Assembly: GCA_043228905.1 (NCBI GenBank)
Contig: JBHGNT010000014.1
Location: forward strand, 11,718,001 to 11,782,000
DNA: 64,000 bases
From: Azolla caroliniana
Lineage: Eukaryota > Plantae > Polypodiophyta
Direction: 5' to 3'
Shown here: positions 63,701 through 64,000 of the stretch, piece by piece
Layout: each line of letters starts with the position of its first letter
Numbering within the stretch: the first letter of the stretch is position 1
The notes under the pieces: model-generated
Database searches by the model: none
What the model saw: the letters and a program-made list of their open reading frames with translations, nothing else
Told to the model about the DNA's origin: nothing
Made by a program: the position numbers and the translations under genes

Positions 63701-64000
63701 GAAGCCAGGAGAGGCCGGAGCGAAGATCTGGAAAAGCATATGGAACCTAAAGTTGAGCTTGATGGGGAGTGTTGAGAGACAAGGTCAACATTGGGTGCGT
63801 AACCTAGTGCGTAGACTAGGTGCAAAAAACCGTACGCAAAATATGGTTGTAGCGGCGTGTAAACAAACCGAGAGGCCATTAGAATGTTATTCCTCGTAAT
63901 GAATAATTTTGGGAGTAAGTGTAGGATGCTCATCTATGAGCGGTCAAGTACTGTAAGTACTTGTGTCAACCCAATAGTCAGGGCTTGTATAAAAGGTGCT
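57770..64000 (+). mobile_element. Copia-7, decayed full-length Ty1/Copia; 3' LTR runs off the window
   Basis: 5' LTR 57770-58187, PBS at 58188, gag/PR/IN/RT/RH fragments, PPT, 3' LTR from 63770. Confidence 0.93.
60608..61245. mobile_element. Solo LTR (638 bp) inside Copia-7
   Basis: TG..CA ends and perfect TSD GTTAG (60603-60607/61246-61250). Confidence 0.85.

Larger units (their letters stand above)
57189..64000 (+). mobile_element. Copia-6: 5' LTR (57189-57589), PBS and gag start, interrupted at 57769 by Copia-7; remainder outside the window
   Basis: TGTTGAATGGAAAAGCTCAAC..TTGACA, PBS TGGTATCAGAGCG at 57590, gag PTEKLDRSNYASWSYK. Confidence 0.88.

Overview
Land-plant nuclear DNA. The Tcn1-like chromoviruses and the Copia types suggest a fern, lycophyte or other seed-free plant; this is an inference. 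Bases 1 to ~42,200 form a deeply nested, decayed retrotransposon cluster. An old + strand Ty1/Copia host (Copia-3) is abutted, and probably interrupted in its 5' LTR, by an L1-type LINE that itself holds two Copia elements. Copia-3 also carries a chromoviral Gypsy (Gypsy-A, holding a Tnt1/Tork-like Copia), a solo LTR holding Copia-5 (which holds Gypsy-B), and two more solo-LTR-like inserts. Most insertion boundaries are fixed by TG..CA ends and target-site duplications (TSDs). A gene island follows: a 9-exon At4g15545-family gene (+, 44980-49762) and an intronless G-type lectin S-domain receptor kinase (-, 51091-53691). After it come local tandem and dispersed repeats, a decayed transposase-like fragment and a second Copia nest running off the right edge. 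Most interesting: both chromoviruses lack a tRNA primer site and have a PBS complementary to their own predicted transcript 5' end, with a compensatory base change (Tf1-type self-priming). Their LTRs also start with an antisense tRNA-derived A-box/B-box cassette, and an unrelated solo LTR carries a similar antisense cassette. The dominant Copia family has a conserved hairpin around the PPT and a Pol extension beyond RNase H.
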